DNA of 64,000 nucleotides from Candidatus Cloacimonadales bacterium (GCA_963662585.1 OY759729.1:1-64000), one strand, 5' to 3'; numbered from the stretch's first letter, positions 50,754-61,539 are shown. Program-made: numbers and translations. Notes: generated from the sequence alone by a model not told the origin.

Positions 50754-53612
50754 ATGAAGAAAATAATTCTAACACTACTAGTACTTTCAACCTACATTAT
50801 AGGATTCTCTTTAGATTATAAGATAGTGAAGTCAGAGACCGGACAAGAGATTTCATTTAATCAATTAATTCAAGAAATAAGATTAAATGATGTTGTGTTT
50901 TTTGGTGAACTTCATGATGATTCTTTGCTTCATCAAATCAAGAGTGAAATGTTCCAGCAACTTACTAAAGTTGATTCAAATTTCGTTCTTGGTTTAGAGT
51001 CATTTGCTAAAAATGATCAAGTAGCCTTAAATAGTTATCTAAATGGCGATTTTTCTTATGAGCAATTAGATGCAAACTCTAATCTGTGGTCAAATTATCA
51101 AGAAGCATATTCTGAAGTTGTAGATTATGCTAAAGATAATAATATAAAGGTACTAGCTACAAATACTCCAATTTATATTTCCGGATTAGTTGCTAGAGAG
51201 GGTTATATGGCTCTGAATAAGTTATCTGAAAAAGAGAGAACTTATTATGCTCGTGAATTCAAACCTTTTGAAAATGATTATCGTAGAATGTTTTTGGAAG
51301 AAATGAAAAAGTTAACCAAAGGAAGTAGCTCCCAGGTAAACAGTTTGATATTGGAGAGATTATACCAAGCTCAATCTCTTAAAGATGATACGATGGCTGA
51401 AACAATATTCGACTATTTAGAAGATAATCATCATGCTAAAGTTTTCCATATTAATGGAAGTTTCCACTCCGACAACCACTACGGAGTTTTTCAAAAACTA
51501 GAATTATTGAATCCAAACTTAAAAATATCATCTATATCTCCTGTTTATCTTCCTTCGGGAGAGGCTCTTGAGTGGGATTATACAATGTTTGGTCTTAGTG
51601 AATATATCATTATGTATCACAGAGACCAAGAATCCTCTGTTGTTAATGATAAAGCTGATAAGAGTGAGTTTTTATCCATAGATAAACATACCATATCATT
51701 TATTTTTGAACCAAGTGCACAAGTCCTTACGGTTAATGATAAAATTACTTTCAATCAGACGATTAATAATGACAAGTTACTGATAAGTAAGGATATCAAA
51801 GATCTAAAGATTTATAAGGGAAAAGAGAGTGTAGATTTTAATCAGATTGACTATAATGATAAGTTCAATCAGATAGAAGTTAAAGCGTCTGCAAAAGATC
51901 TAGATTTTGTTTATATATATAAATACCAAGTAAATCAGGAAAGGCCCTTTCATTTTAACCTACAAGAATACATGTGGCATCCTATTGTTTCTCTAGGCGA
52001 AAAGTCTAATTTTGAAGTGAATGCCCTTGGTCCTAATAAAATGAAATTTATTGCTCCAGCTGAAGTTACTATTACTCCTATGAAGAAAGATGCAATCTAT
52101 TATTCTTGGAAAAGTTTCGATAAAGAATATGGTTTTTCTATTATTGGAGATATATATTTCACTAAGAGTGTGGAAACAGATGATATCCTAATTACTCTTT
52201 ATAGTTTCCAAGAGGATTATTACCTTCTGGAGGATTATGCTTATTTTATTGAACAGTATTTTCATAACTATAAGCTATATTTCGGTGATTTTGGTTATGA
52301 TTCCTTTTCTATAATCCAATCAGTAGATCATAACTATAAGTCTTTTGATAATATGTTATTAGTTAATAAAGAAGTTTTTAATACTCAAGATATTTTTATA
52401 TCTCCAGGTGTACTAGGGCATGATCTCGCAAGAGTTTGGATTGATTCAAAATGCAGTTGGAGTCATCAAGGAGCAAATTGGCAAGAGATATTAGCTAATT
52501 TTGTTGCGAACTATTTATGGCTAGAATTAAACAAACCTGAAGAGGCTTCTCTTTGGAGAAAAGCTGCTTTAGAAGACATTAGTGCTATGCCACGCGATGA
52601 AATTAAATCTCTTGAGGAATTTAGTTTTCCTAATAATAAATTTAGTGCTGTAAATGGCTATAAAATAGGTGGAATGCTTTTTTATTATATCTACAACAAA
52701 GTCGGTAAAAATGATTTTTTCGCAGTAATAGGAGATATTTTAAATAATAACAAAATGCTTTCAGGCGAAGAATTTTTTGATTTGCTCCAAGATAAGACAG
52801 GTGTAAAAGAATTTAGTAAACTCATGGAAGAAATCTACCCTGTTAGAGTCTTTATTCAAGAAGCTAGTGTAAAAGATGCTACTACAAAAGTTAAAATTAT
52901 AAGTTCTCGAGGAGATGAGAGTGATTTTGATTTAGATATTAAAATTACCAATAAAGATCAATTTGTACAAACATCTTATCATATAGATAAAAAAGAAACT
53001 ATCTTAGAATTTGGTATAGAAGCAACTGAAATCGCTATTGACCCTGATTATAAGCTATATCGTTATTTAGATAATAGTGAGAATATCTTTAATCTTAAAC
53101 GAACATTCTTAGAAAAACCACTTCTTATTGTTCCACAAGATAGTGAACAATTTCCTGATATATACAATGTTGGTAATCGGCTTAGGTCGAATGGGGTAAC
53201 TATTGATATTATGCCTCTATCCTCTTTGAATGAATTTAGCTGGAAAGAAAAATCCATAATCTATATGGGCAAACATACTAATAATTCTTTGGTAAATACT
53301 TTGCAACCCTATTTACCTCCATCATTCATATTAGGTAATAATAAATTTACTTATGAAGGAGTAGTATATGATCAAGAGAATTATTCCTTAATTATAAATA
53401 CAAAAAACCCATTCGCTACTAACAAATCTATATCAATGTGGCTATGGAATAGTGATAAGAAAATCAGCAATATTCAGGCAATATTTAACTACACTGCCCC
53501 TTCTTGGGTAATATTAGAAGATAATGGAATTGGTTTTACAGAGATTGCTAAAGGTAATTTAGTTGATGAAAATCTATTCCCAACCAGAGTTAAGATAGAA
53601 AGAGGAAACTAA
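50754..53612 (+). CDS. ChaN domain fused to a degenerate M1 aminopeptidase-like region
   Basis: N-terminus paralogous to the upstream gene (GELHDD, AQSLKDDTMAE, NGSFHS). C-terminal part has HDLAR..NWQE, GYKIGGMLF, IDPDYKLYR. Confidence 0.7.
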   Translation: MKKIILTLLVLSTYIIGFSLDYKIVKSETGQEISFNQLIQEIRLNDVVFFGELHDDSLLHQIKSEMFQQLTKVDSNFVLGLESFAKNDQVALNSYLNGDFSYEQLDANSNLWSNYQEAYSEVVDYAKDNNIKVLATNTPIYISGLVAREGYMALNKLSEKERTYYAREFKPFENDYRRMFLEEMKKLTKGSSSQVNSLILERLYQAQSLKDDTMAETIFDYLEDNHHAKVFHINGSFHSDNHYGVFQKLELLNPNLKISSISPVYLPSGEALEWDYTMFGLSEYIIMYHRDQESSVVNDKADKSEFLSIDKHTISFIFEPSAQVLTVNDKITFNQTINNDKLLISKDIKDLKIYKGKESVDFNQIDYNDKFNQIEVKASAKDLDFVYIYKYQVNQERPFHFNLQEYMWHPIVSLGEKSNFEVNALGPNKMKFIAPAEVTITPMKKDAIYYSWKSFDKEYGFSIIGDIYFTKSVETDDILITLYSFQEDYYLLEDYAYFIEQYFHNYKLYFGDFGYDSFSIIQSVDHNYKSFDNMLLVNKEVFNTQDIFISPGVLGHDLARVWIDSKCSWSHQGANWQEILANFVANYLWLELNKPEEASLWRKAALEDISAMPRDEIKSLEEFSFPNNKFSAVNGYKIGGMLFYYIYNKVGKNDFFAVIGDILNNNKMLSGEEFFDLLQDKTGVKEFSKLMEEIYPVRVFIQEASVKDATTKVKIISSRGDESDFDLDIKITNKDQFVQTSYHIDKKETILEFGIEATEIAIDPDYKLYRYLDNSENIFNLKRTFLEKPLLIVPQDSEQFPDIYNVGNRLRSNGVTIDIMPLSSLNEFSWKEKSIIYMGKHTNNSLVNTLQPYLPPSFILGNNKFTYEGVVYDQENYSLIINTKNPFATNKSISMWLWNSDKKISNIQAIFNYTAPSWVILEDNGIGFTEIAKGNLVDENLFPTRVKIERGN

Positions 53613-54541
53613 TGAATACGAATAAGAACCATTTACCTGAATTAGAATATTCTTTTGAAGTAAGAAAGGCTATTGATAATAATGAGCCTATTCTTGTGTT
53701 AGAATCTACTATAATCACTCACGGAATGCCCTATCCTGAAAACTATCAAACAGCTCAGATGCTAGAGAATATTTGTAGGGACAATGGTGTTACTCCGGCG
53801 ACGATAGCTCTCATTGAGGGTAAAATCCACATTGGACTTAATGATTCAGATTTAAAGATATTAAGTAACTTGAAGACAAAAGTCGAAAAAGTCTCTATTC
53901 GCGATATAAGTTATTGCTTAGCGCAAGGTAAAAGTGGAGGAACCACTGTAGCAGCAACATCTTTCTTAGCCAGCTTAGCAGGCTTAGAAGTTTTTGCCAC
54001 TGGTGGAATAGGCGGGGTTCATCGAGGCGTAGTCAATTCTTGGGATATTTCTGCAGATTTGCAATCTTTAAAGAATAATCCTGTGATTGTTATTTCAGCT
54101 GGAGCCAAAGCCATTCTAGATATTTCCAAAACTTTAGAAGTTTTAGATAGTTATTCGGTACCTGTCATGGGATATAAAACAGATGATTTCCCAGCTTTTT
54201 ATAGTTGCACAAGTGGTAACAAAGTAAGAAGAATAGATTCTGCTGTGGAAATTGCTAGCATCTGGAAGAAACAAAGAGATTTAGGATTTTCTACTGGCTT
54301 CCTCATTGCTAATCCAATACCTCAAGAATATGAAATACCTGCTGAGATGATAGAAGAACAGATACTTCTAGCTTTGCAAGAAGTATCCGATTTAAATATT
54401 AGTGGCAAGGAAATTACTCCTTTTTTATTGCAAAGATTATATGAACTTACTGAAGGAGACTCTTTATCTACAAATATTGAGTTAGTGAAAAACAATGTAA
54501 GATTGGGATGTGAAATTGCCAAAGAGTTGAAAGAAATATGA
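53612..54541 (+). CDS. psuG: Pseudouridine-5'-phosphate glycosidase
   Basis: LESTIITHGMPYPEN, GTTVAAT, FATGGIGGVHRG, DISADL, GAKAILD, ITPFLL. Confidence 0.95.
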   Translation: MNTNKNHLPELEYSFEVRKAIDNNEPILVLESTIITHGMPYPENYQTAQMLENICRDNGVTPATIALIEGKIHIGLNDSDLKILSNLKTKVEKVSIRDISYCLAQGKSGGTTVAATSFLASLAGLEVFATGGIGGVHRGVVNSWDISADLQSLKNNPVIVISAGAKAILDISKTLEVLDSYSVPVMGYKTDDFPAFYSCTSGNKVRRIDSAVEIASIWKKQRDLGFSTGFLIANPIPQEYEIPAEMIEEQILLALQEVSDLNISGKEITPFLLQRLYELTEGDSLSTNIELVKNNVRLGCEIAKELKEI

Positions 54542-56523
54542 AAGTAGCTTTTTATGTAACTTCCCATGGCTTTGGTCACGCTAGTAGAATAGCTGCACTT
54601 GTTACTGAGTTTATTAAATTCGGTTGTGATTGTTATATTATAACCGATCGGCCCAAATTTCTCTTCCCCAAGGAGAATAGTTTCTGCCACATTATTCAGC
54701 GAAAAACAGATACAGGAATGATTCAAGATACTTGGAAAATACCTTCAGTGAATAAAACATTTTCCCAATTAATAGAGTTTTGGGATAATAGAGAAGAGTT
54801 GATTAAGCAAGAGACACTTTTTTTGCAAGAGAAGAATATTGGTTTAGTTATTGTTGATGTTCCCTATTTACCTATACTATCAGCTAAAAGTTTGGGACTT
54901 CTAGTCTATGCAATAACTAATTTCGACTGGTATTTTAACTATGTTGAAATTGTTGATGATAGTACAGATTCAAAGATAGTAGATATCCTTGCGGAAATAT
55001 ATTCCATCTATCAATCTTGCGATAAATCATATATCCTACCTTTTTCCAATGCTAAAAGTGTTCAGGCTTTGCCAAATCAACTTCAATGTGGAAATTTGGC
55101 CAAGTATTCTAAACCAAACAAAAAAGCTATCTGCCAAGAGTTTAAGATAGATTCTTCAAAAAAGTTAGCTTTAATTACTTTTGGCGGAATAATGTCTGAT
55201 ATATCTTATTTTAATAATCTAACTGCTCGCCAGGATTATATTTTTCTAACAAATTCTCCTATAGGCCAAGCTGATAATGTAATTTTGCTTCCTCGCGATT
55301 ATGATTACTCTTTGTTAATCTCATCCTGCGATGTAGTTATTACTAAAGTAGGATATAGCACTTTAGCAGAAACTTGTGCCGCTGGTACTTATCTATGCTA
55401 TGCTACTCGTGATAATTTTCCAGAAGATGAACCTCTAGTTGCTGAGCTTGCTAATTATCCTCATTGTCAGCATTTTAAGTTACTAGATGATTCTATTGAT
55501 ATTGATTTACCTACTGGTGAGATTAAGAAGTTTAAAAGTGATAGGTTTGCCTTAAAGAATAAAGATATTGCTCTAGATATGATAAGTTCTTTTATAAGTC
55601 ATAATAACTCAAAATTAAATTGTATAATCGATTTCGGTACTAATAATAGTACTCTCTTAATCTATTCAGAAAACTCTCAAGATTTTGAACCTGTCTTCTA
55701 TGATATTCGTATAACTGGTATTGGTCTGAATTTAAAAGATGGACTGATACATAAGAACTCTCTAGCAAAAGCCAAACAAGAGTTATCTATTCAGTTAGAT
55801 TTATGTAGAGAATTAAAGATAATACCAAAAATACTAGTTACTAATATTGGTAGAATTGGAATAAATTTTAATTCATTTCAAGAAAACATAGATTCTCTTT
55901 ATCAAGTTGATTGGGAAATAATTACTGCAGAGAGAGAAGCCAAGCTCGGAGTAGATTCTTCTCTCTACTGGAATCCTAATACAGAAAAATTCTATAATGT
56001 TGATATCGGCGGATCAAGTACAGAATTAACTCTTGTTAAAGGTAAAAAGATTGTTCAGTATATTAGTATGCCTTGTGGTATTTTAACTTATTACCATCAA
56101 TTTAGAGATTCTCGCCTTAATTTTGAGCAGATGTCTGAGATAATCCAACAGGATCTTGAAAATGAACTTAGTATCTGTGATTTCCCTGTTAAAGAGACTA
56201 CTTTCTTTTATGGAATAGGTAAAGTTTTCCAGAATCTAACCTGTATTTATGAAGGGAAGAATAATTATGAGCAATTCTCAGAAATTAAGTATTTCGATTT
56301 ACAAGACTTTATGTTTAACCTACACGATTTGATTATTCATAAATCTAAGTATAACTACCATGATTATAATGGTAAAAAATTAAATGAAACGATATTCTAC
56401 ATTTCGCTAGCAATTCTTCAAGCCCTAAATAATATACTAGATACACAAAAATTAGTAGTTAATCCTTGGGGAATTGAATTTGGATACTTATTAGAAAAAA
56501 GGAGTAATAATTATGAAATATGA
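54538..56523 (+). CDS. GT-B glycosyltransferase-like domain fused to a Ppx/GppA (ASKHA)-like domain
   Basis: N-terminal FYVTSHGFGHASR, TNFDW, DVVITKVGYST, RDNFPE; C-terminal IIDFGTN, EREAKL, VDIGGSSTEL, GIEFGYL. Confidence 0.72.
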   Translation: MKVAFYVTSHGFGHASRIAALVTEFIKFGCDCYIITDRPKFLFPKENSFCHIIQRKTDTGMIQDTWKIPSVNKTFSQLIEFWDNREELIKQETLFLQEKNIGLVIVDVPYLPILSAKSLGLLVYAITNFDWYFNYVEIVDDSTDSKIVDILAEIYSIYQSCDKSYILPFSNAKSVQALPNQLQCGNLAKYSKPNKKAICQEFKIDSSKKLALITFGGIMSDISYFNNLTARQDYIFLTNSPIGQADNVILLPRDYDYSLLISSCDVVITKVGYSTLAETCAAGTYLCYATRDNFPEDEPLVAELANYPHCQHFKLLDDSIDIDLPTGEIKKFKSDRFALKNKDIALDMISSFISHNNSKLNCIIDFGTNNSTLLIYSENSQDFEPVFYDIRITGIGLNLKDGLIHKNSLAKAKQELSIQLDLCRELKIIPKILVTNIGRIGINFNSFQENIDSLYQVDWEIITAEREAKLGVDSSLYWNPNTEKFYNVDIGGSSTELTLVKGKKIVQYISMPCGILTYYHQFRDSRLNFEQMSEIIQQDLENELSICDFPVKETTFFYGIGKVFQNLTCIYEGKNNYEQFSEIKYFDLQDFMFNLHDLIIHKSKYNYHDYNGKKLNETIFYISLAILQALNNILDTQKLVVNPWGIEFGYLLEKRSNNYEI

Positions 56524-57679
56524 TTTTGATAAAATATATGATAGAAAAGATTCAGGTTGCTTTAAATACGACGCCATGAAGATAATGTATGGTAGAGATG
56601 ACCTCCTTGCACTTTGGGTTGCTGATATGGATTTCTCTATCGCCCCAGAAATTATGAATCAGATAAAAGCAAGACTGGAACATCCTATTTTTGGATACAA
56701 CTTTAAGAAAACTGACCATTTCGATAGTTTTATAAAATATGTGGCTAAAAGACATAAGTGGGACTTAGATTCAAGCTGGTTTCAAATGAGTCCAGGTATT
56801 GTACCTGCAATAAATTTTATGGTCAAGATTTTCACTGAGCTAGGGGATAAGATTCTTATTCAACAACCTGTTTATGCTCCTTTTAAAGAGGCAGTAGTTG
56901 CCCATGATAGACGATTATTGGTTAATAATTTAATTGAAGATAAGGGACTATATACCATTGATTTTGAAGACTTAGAAAATAAAATAGCTAAAAGTAAAAT
57001 CTTTATCTTCTGTTCTCCTCATAACCCAGTTGGCAGAGTTTGGACTAAAGATGAGCTACTAAAAATAGGTAGAATGTGTAAAAAACATAATACTCTTATT
57101 TTTGCTGATGAAATCCATAATGACCTAATTTACCCAGGAGCTCAACATATACCAATTGCATCCTTGGAAGATTTTTCAGATTTCACTATTACGATGATGT
57201 CTCCAGCTAAAACTTATAATATAGCTGGTCTCCAGTCTTCAGTAATAATTTGTCCAAATAGTACTTTGTTTGAACAGATTAGAAAATATCTCTTTGATAT
57301 TCATGTTTATGGCTCCAATGCTATCGGAACTATTGCTTTTAGAGCTGCTTACGAGTATGGTGAAGAGTGGTTAGAAGAACTTCTCGTATATTTGCAAGAG
57401 AATCGAGACTATCTCTATGATAGAATTTCTAAGATGAAAGGTGTAAGTATGCAAAAACCTGAAGCTACTTATTTAGCTTGGTTAGATTTTAAAGAATTAA
57501 ATCTAGACGACAAAGAATTAGCAGATTTCTGTAAGAATAAAGCAAAGTTAGCATTGAATGCTGGTGCATCTTTTGGAAGAAAAGGTTCTGGATTTATGAG
57601 ATTAAACTTCGGTTGTCCTCGTTCGATTTTGGTTCAGGCAATGGATAACTTAGAAAAAGCTTTAAAGGAGTTATCATAA
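56513..57679 (+). CDS. MalY/PatB-family PLP C-S lyase
   Basis: LWVADMDF, CSPHNPVGRVW, DEIHND, SPAKTYNIAG, EATYLAWLD, RLNFGCP. Confidence 0.9.
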   Translation: MKYDFDKIYDRKDSGCFKYDAMKIMYGRDDLLALWVADMDFSIAPEIMNQIKARLEHPIFGYNFKKTDHFDSFIKYVAKRHKWDLDSSWFQMSPGIVPAINFMVKIFTELGDKILIQQPVYAPFKEAVVAHDRRLLVNNLIEDKGLYTIDFEDLENKIAKSKIFIFCSPHNPVGRVWTKDELLKIGRMCKKHNTLIFADEIHNDLIYPGAQHIPIASLEDFSDFTITMMSPAKTYNIAGLQSSVIICPNSTLFEQIRKYLFDIHVYGSNAIGTIAFRAAYEYGEEWLEELLVYLQENRDYLYDRISKMKGVSMQKPEATYLAWLDFKELNLDDKELADFCKNKAKLALNAGASFGRKGSGFMRLNFGCPRSILVQAMDNLEKALKELS

Positions 57680-57680
57680 T

Positions 57681-58487
57681 ATGTTGAAAGAAAGAATATT
57701 ACAAGCTTATGAAGATAAAAGCTATGATAGGGAAGAGGCACTTGAGATTTTTACAGAATTTCTTAACTTGCTAAACACAGGAAAAATTAGAGCTGCTGAA
57801 AAAATAGATTTAAAATGGACTGTTAATGAATGGGTTAAGAAAGGTATTCTCCTTGGCTTTAGACTTGGAAATATCATAGATATGCCTTATTCTAACCATA
57901 AGAATTTTACAGATAAAAGTACTTATCCTGAAAAGCAGATTTACTCTGGGTCAGGTATTAGAATTGTCCCAGGAGGTTCTTCAGTAAGAACAGGCTCTTA
58001 TATTGCCCAAGGTGTAACTATGATGCCTCCTGCTTATGTGAATGTAGGAGCTTTCGTAGATAGTGGTTCAATGATTGATTCCCATGCTTTAGTAGGTTCT
58101 TGTGCTCAGATTGGCAAGAATGTGCATCTATCTGCTGGAGCGATGATTGGTGGTGTTTTAGAACCTATTAATGCAACTCCAGTCATTATAGAAGACAAGG
58201 CTTTTATCGGTGGGAATAGTGGCTTATACGAAGGTGTCTTAGTTCAGGAAAGAGCTATTATTGCTCCTGGTACCATAATTACCAAAGGAACTCCTGTTTT
58301 TGACGCTGTGAATGATAGATTTTTAGACTTTGAAAATTCCCCTATCATCCCAGCGAACGCTGTTGTGGTTCCAGGTAGTAGACCCTTAAAATCAAATCCA
58401 AACTTCCAACTCTACTGTCCTATTATTGTTAAATATCGTGACGAAAAGAGTTCAGCATCTGTGGAATTAGAAAACTTACTCAGATAG
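57681..58487 (+). CDS. dapD: Tetrahydrodipicolinate N-succinyltransferase
   Basis: WVKKGILLGFR, RIVPGG, VNVGAFVD, VGSCAQIGKNVHLS, GGVLEP. Confidence 0.92.
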   Translation: MLKERILQAYEDKSYDREEALEIFTEFLNLLNTGKIRAAEKIDLKWTVNEWVKKGILLGFRLGNIIDMPYSNHKNFTDKSTYPEKQIYSGSGIRIVPGGSSVRTGSYIAQGVTMMPPAYVNVGAFVDSGSMIDSHALVGSCAQIGKNVHLSAGAMIGGVLEPINATPVIIEDKAFIGGNSGLYEGVLVQERAIIAPGTIITKGTPVFDAVNDRFLDFENSPIIPANAVVVPGSRPLKSNPNFQLYCPIIVKYRDEKSSASVELENLLR

Positions 58488-58499
58488 AATAGAGGTTTA

Positions 58500-59567
58500 A
58501 TGAAAAAATCGATTATTAGACAGATTTTTGACTCAGCTCAAGCAGATTCCATCAATCTTGGCCTAGGAGAATTGCAATTTCCTATGCCAGAATACTTGCA
58601 TAGTGAGGCCGTAAAAGTTCTTTTTGAAGAGAATATTCGTTATACTCCTAATGCAGGACTGTTAAATTCTCGCCATGCTATTGCTGGACAATACAAGCAG
58701 GCATCCTATGAACAAGTAGTTATAACAAATGGGGCTCAAGAAGCACTCTTTGCTACTTTTAAAACTCTTCTTATCCCTGGTGACGAGATACTTCTTCCTG
58801 ATCCCGGATTTAGTGCTTATGAATCTATAGCAAGAATGCTAGGAGCTGTTCCGAAGTTCTATCATCTAGACGAGAGAAGAAATTTTGCTTTAGATAACGA
58901 TTCACTTTTTTCCCAAATTACTCCTAAAACAAAAGCTATCCTTATTAATACCCCAGGAAACCCAACAAGTATTGCTTTAACAGAAAATGAACTTAATGTT
59001 ATAGCAAATTGCTGTAGAATTAATGATTTATACTTAATATCTGATGAAATATATAGAGATCTTTACTTAGAAAAGCTAGCCAACAGTGCCTGGGATTTTT
59101 ATCAAAAGACTATTATTATCTCTGGTCTTTCAAAATCCCACTGTATGACAGGTTGGAGAATTGGTTGGGTTCTTGCCCCTTTAGAAATTGCTCAAGAAAT
59201 TACTGTTACCCACCAATATATCTCTACTTGCGCTAATTATATAGGTCAACGACTCTGCGAATATGCTTTCACAGATCAAGCAAGGCAATTCCAGAGAGAG
59301 TTAAGAGCTAAATTAAGAGTAAACTATCGAACTTTGCAAGATATTCTATCTAATACTATTATTAATAGATCCGATTCTGCTCCTTATTTCTTCATTAACA
59401 TTCATAAAGATGGTTTTGAATTTGCCAAGAAAATGCTAGACTATAAAGTAATAGTTATCCCAGGAATAGCTTTCTCTAAACACTTAACTAACTGGATAAG
59501 AATATCTTTTGCTCTACCTGAAGAGCAACTAATAGTAGGAGCAGAGATACTCAGCAAGTATCTTTAG
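58500..59567 (+). CDS. Class I/II PLP aminotransferase
   Basis: INLGLGE, NTPGNPT, SDEIY, GLSKSHCMTGWRIGW; adjacent to dapD. Confidence 0.88.
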   Translation: MKKSIIRQIFDSAQADSINLGLGELQFPMPEYLHSEAVKVLFEENIRYTPNAGLLNSRHAIAGQYKQASYEQVVITNGAQEALFATFKTLLIPGDEILLPDPGFSAYESIARMLGAVPKFYHLDERRNFALDNDSLFSQITPKTKAILINTPGNPTSIALTENELNVIANCCRINDLYLISDEIYRDLYLEKLANSAWDFYQKTIIISGLSKSHCMTGWRIGWVLAPLEIAQEITVTHQYISTCANYIGQRLCEYAFTDQARQFQRELRAKLRVNYRTLQDILSNTIINRSDSAPYFFINIHKDGFEFAKKMLDYKVIVIPGIAFSKHLTNWIRISFALPEEQLIVGAEILSKYL

Positions 59568-59847
59568 TTTATATTTTGTTTGAAGATCCCCTGGTCTTCC
59601 TTTGCTCCCTTACTGGCAACTCAATTTAATTTTGGAATTTACTTGAGATTAGTGAGATGGAGAAGAGGAAAAGCATTGAGGAAGCATTTGGAAAGCACTA
59701 ACTAAGAATATGTGCAATAATAATTTAACTGGACTCTCGGAAGAACTTTTTTAAAGCTTTTTTGATATCTGCTAGCTTGCTAAGGATTTATAGAAGTTAA
59801 CTCCCTTAGCGCAATGAGCATTAATTAACTAAATCAAGATTAATTTC

Positions 59848-59876
59848 TTGACATAAAACAAGTAATTTATTTTAAT
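59848..59876 (+). promoter_or_regulatory. Putative sigma70 promoter
   Basis: TTGACA, 17 nt, TTTAAT. Confidence 0.6.
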
Positions 59877-59903
59877 ATATTAGAAAAAATATACAGGTTA
59901 TAG

Positions 59904-60206
59904 GTGAGAAAAATGATTATAAAATTTAGAGATGTCTCTCAAGGTGTTGTCCTAGCTCGTGCAGTTGTTGAAATAGTCCCTGGAGTCTATATTAATGAAA
60001 TAACAGTTTTAAATGACACTGCAAATGATGATATAAGAATAGAATTTCCTACAAAAAGTTTTAAAGGAAAAGATGGCAGAGCACACCACATGAACATAAT
60101 TATGTTCGCAACAGAAGATAAAAAGACTCTTTTTGAAATTGATATCAAAGAGGCTTATAGAGCATGGAGGCATGACACTAAAAAAGTATTAGTCTATGAA
60201 TCTTAG
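59904..60206 (+). CDS. Small protein, divergent SpoVG-like
   Basis: LARAVVEI..GVYINEITVL...IEFPTK..KDG...IKEAY follows the SpoVG pattern by eye; overlaps the hflX start. Confidence 0.55.
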   Translation: MRKMIIKFRDVSQGVVLARAVVEIVPGVYINEITVLNDTANDDIRIEFPTKSFKGKDGRAHHMNIIMFATEDKKTLFEIDIKEAYRAWRHDTKKVLVYES

Positions 60207-61500
60207 AGAAGAAGAAAAGATTTTAGAGCAAGTAGTAATTGTAGGAAGTTACCAAAAGAATAATAGACAGTCTGAATTTGAAGAATTACTAGAAGAAACA
60301 AAACTTCTATGTAAAACTGCCAATCTTGAAGTAGTAGAGATTTTTACTCAAGGTCTACCTAATTATAAATCAGATAGTTATGTTGGTAAAGGTAAATTAG
60401 CAGAAATTAATGAGTATTGTGAAGAACATAATATTCATACACTAGTTTTTGTAGATAATCTTAATCCTTCTCAAGCTAAATTGATAAGTCAAGTTACTCT
60501 TGCCAATGTAGTAGATAGAACTGAACTAATCCTAAGTATTTTTGCCAAACATGCAAGAACTAGTGTTGCTAAAATGCAGGTAGAATTAGCCCAATTAGAA
60601 TATAGTTATTCTAAACTTAGAAACCTTTGGCAACATTTCTCAAGAATAGTTGGTGGCGTAGGAACTAAAGGTCCAGGAGAAAGTCAGTTAGAGATAGATA
60701 GAAGATTAGTACAGAAAAGAATTAGCTTCCTAAAAAATAAAGTAGAAATGCTAAAAAAGATTACTCATGAACAAAGGAAAAATAGAGAAGAATACTTCAA
60801 AATAGCCCTAGTAGGATATACTAATGCTGGTAAATCTACTCTCTTTAATGCTTTGACTAGATCTGAGATCTATGTGGCAGATGAGTTATTCGCTACTTTG
60901 GATTCTAAATCAAAATTACTCTACAATGAAGCGGGAAAGATTATTTTAACTGATACTGTTGGATTCATAAGGAATCTTCCCACAACTTTAGTATCATCTT
61001 TCTATTCAACCTTGACTGATGTAGTTGATGCAGATTTATTGCTTCATGTTGTTGATTCTTCCCAGCTAGGAATTGAAAGAAGAATCGAAGAAGTTAATAA
61101 AGTAATTAAAGAGATTAATGCTCAAGATGTCCCAGTAATTATGGTTTTCAATAAAATTGATTCAATTGAAGGCTTAACCTCGAAATTCTTACTAAAAGGA
61201 ATTAGTCTCTCTTATCCTAATTCTCTCTTTATTTCTGCTAAATTAAAAACAAATATCTTAGAGATAAATGAGAAAATTAAAGAGTTATTGTTAAAAAAAG
61301 ATAATAAGAAAAAGATTGAAATTCCAATAGATTTAAAATCTTTAATCTCTTTTCTTGACAAAAAATATAGTGGTTCTAAAAAATTGTATATAGAAGATAA
61401 AATGAGTTATGAATATACTTTAAATATTGCAGATTCAGAGTTTTTAGAAATAAAGAAGCAGGTTGATAAGTATCATGAACTACAATTCATTAACTCTTGA
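60196..61500 (+). CDS. hflX: GTPase HflX
   Basis: YVGKGK, DRTELILSIF, QVELAQL, GPGESQLEIDRR, GYTNAGKST, LFATLD, DTVGF, NKID. Confidence 0.96.
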   Translation: MNLREEEKILEQVVIVGSYQKNNRQSEFEELLEETKLLCKTANLEVVEIFTQGLPNYKSDSYVGKGKLAEINEYCEEHNIHTLVFVDNLNPSQAKLISQVTLANVVDRTELILSIFAKHARTSVAKMQVELAQLEYSYSKLRNLWQHFSRIVGGVGTKGPGESQLEIDRRLVQKRISFLKNKVEMLKKITHEQRKNREEYFKIALVGYTNAGKSTLFNALTRSEIYVADELFATLDSKSKLLYNEAGKIILTDTVGFIRNLPTTLVSSFYSTLTDVVDADLLLHVVDSSQLGIERRIEEVNKVIKEINAQDVPVIMVFNKIDSIEGLTSKFLLKGISLSYPNSLFISAKLKTNILEINEKIKELLLKKDNKKKIEIPIDLKSLISFLDKKYSGSKKLYIEDKMSYEYTLNIADSEFLEIKKQVDKYHELQFINS

Positions 61501-61539
61501 TAAAGTCATAAAACAAAATAAAAATAAATGGGGGAAATT

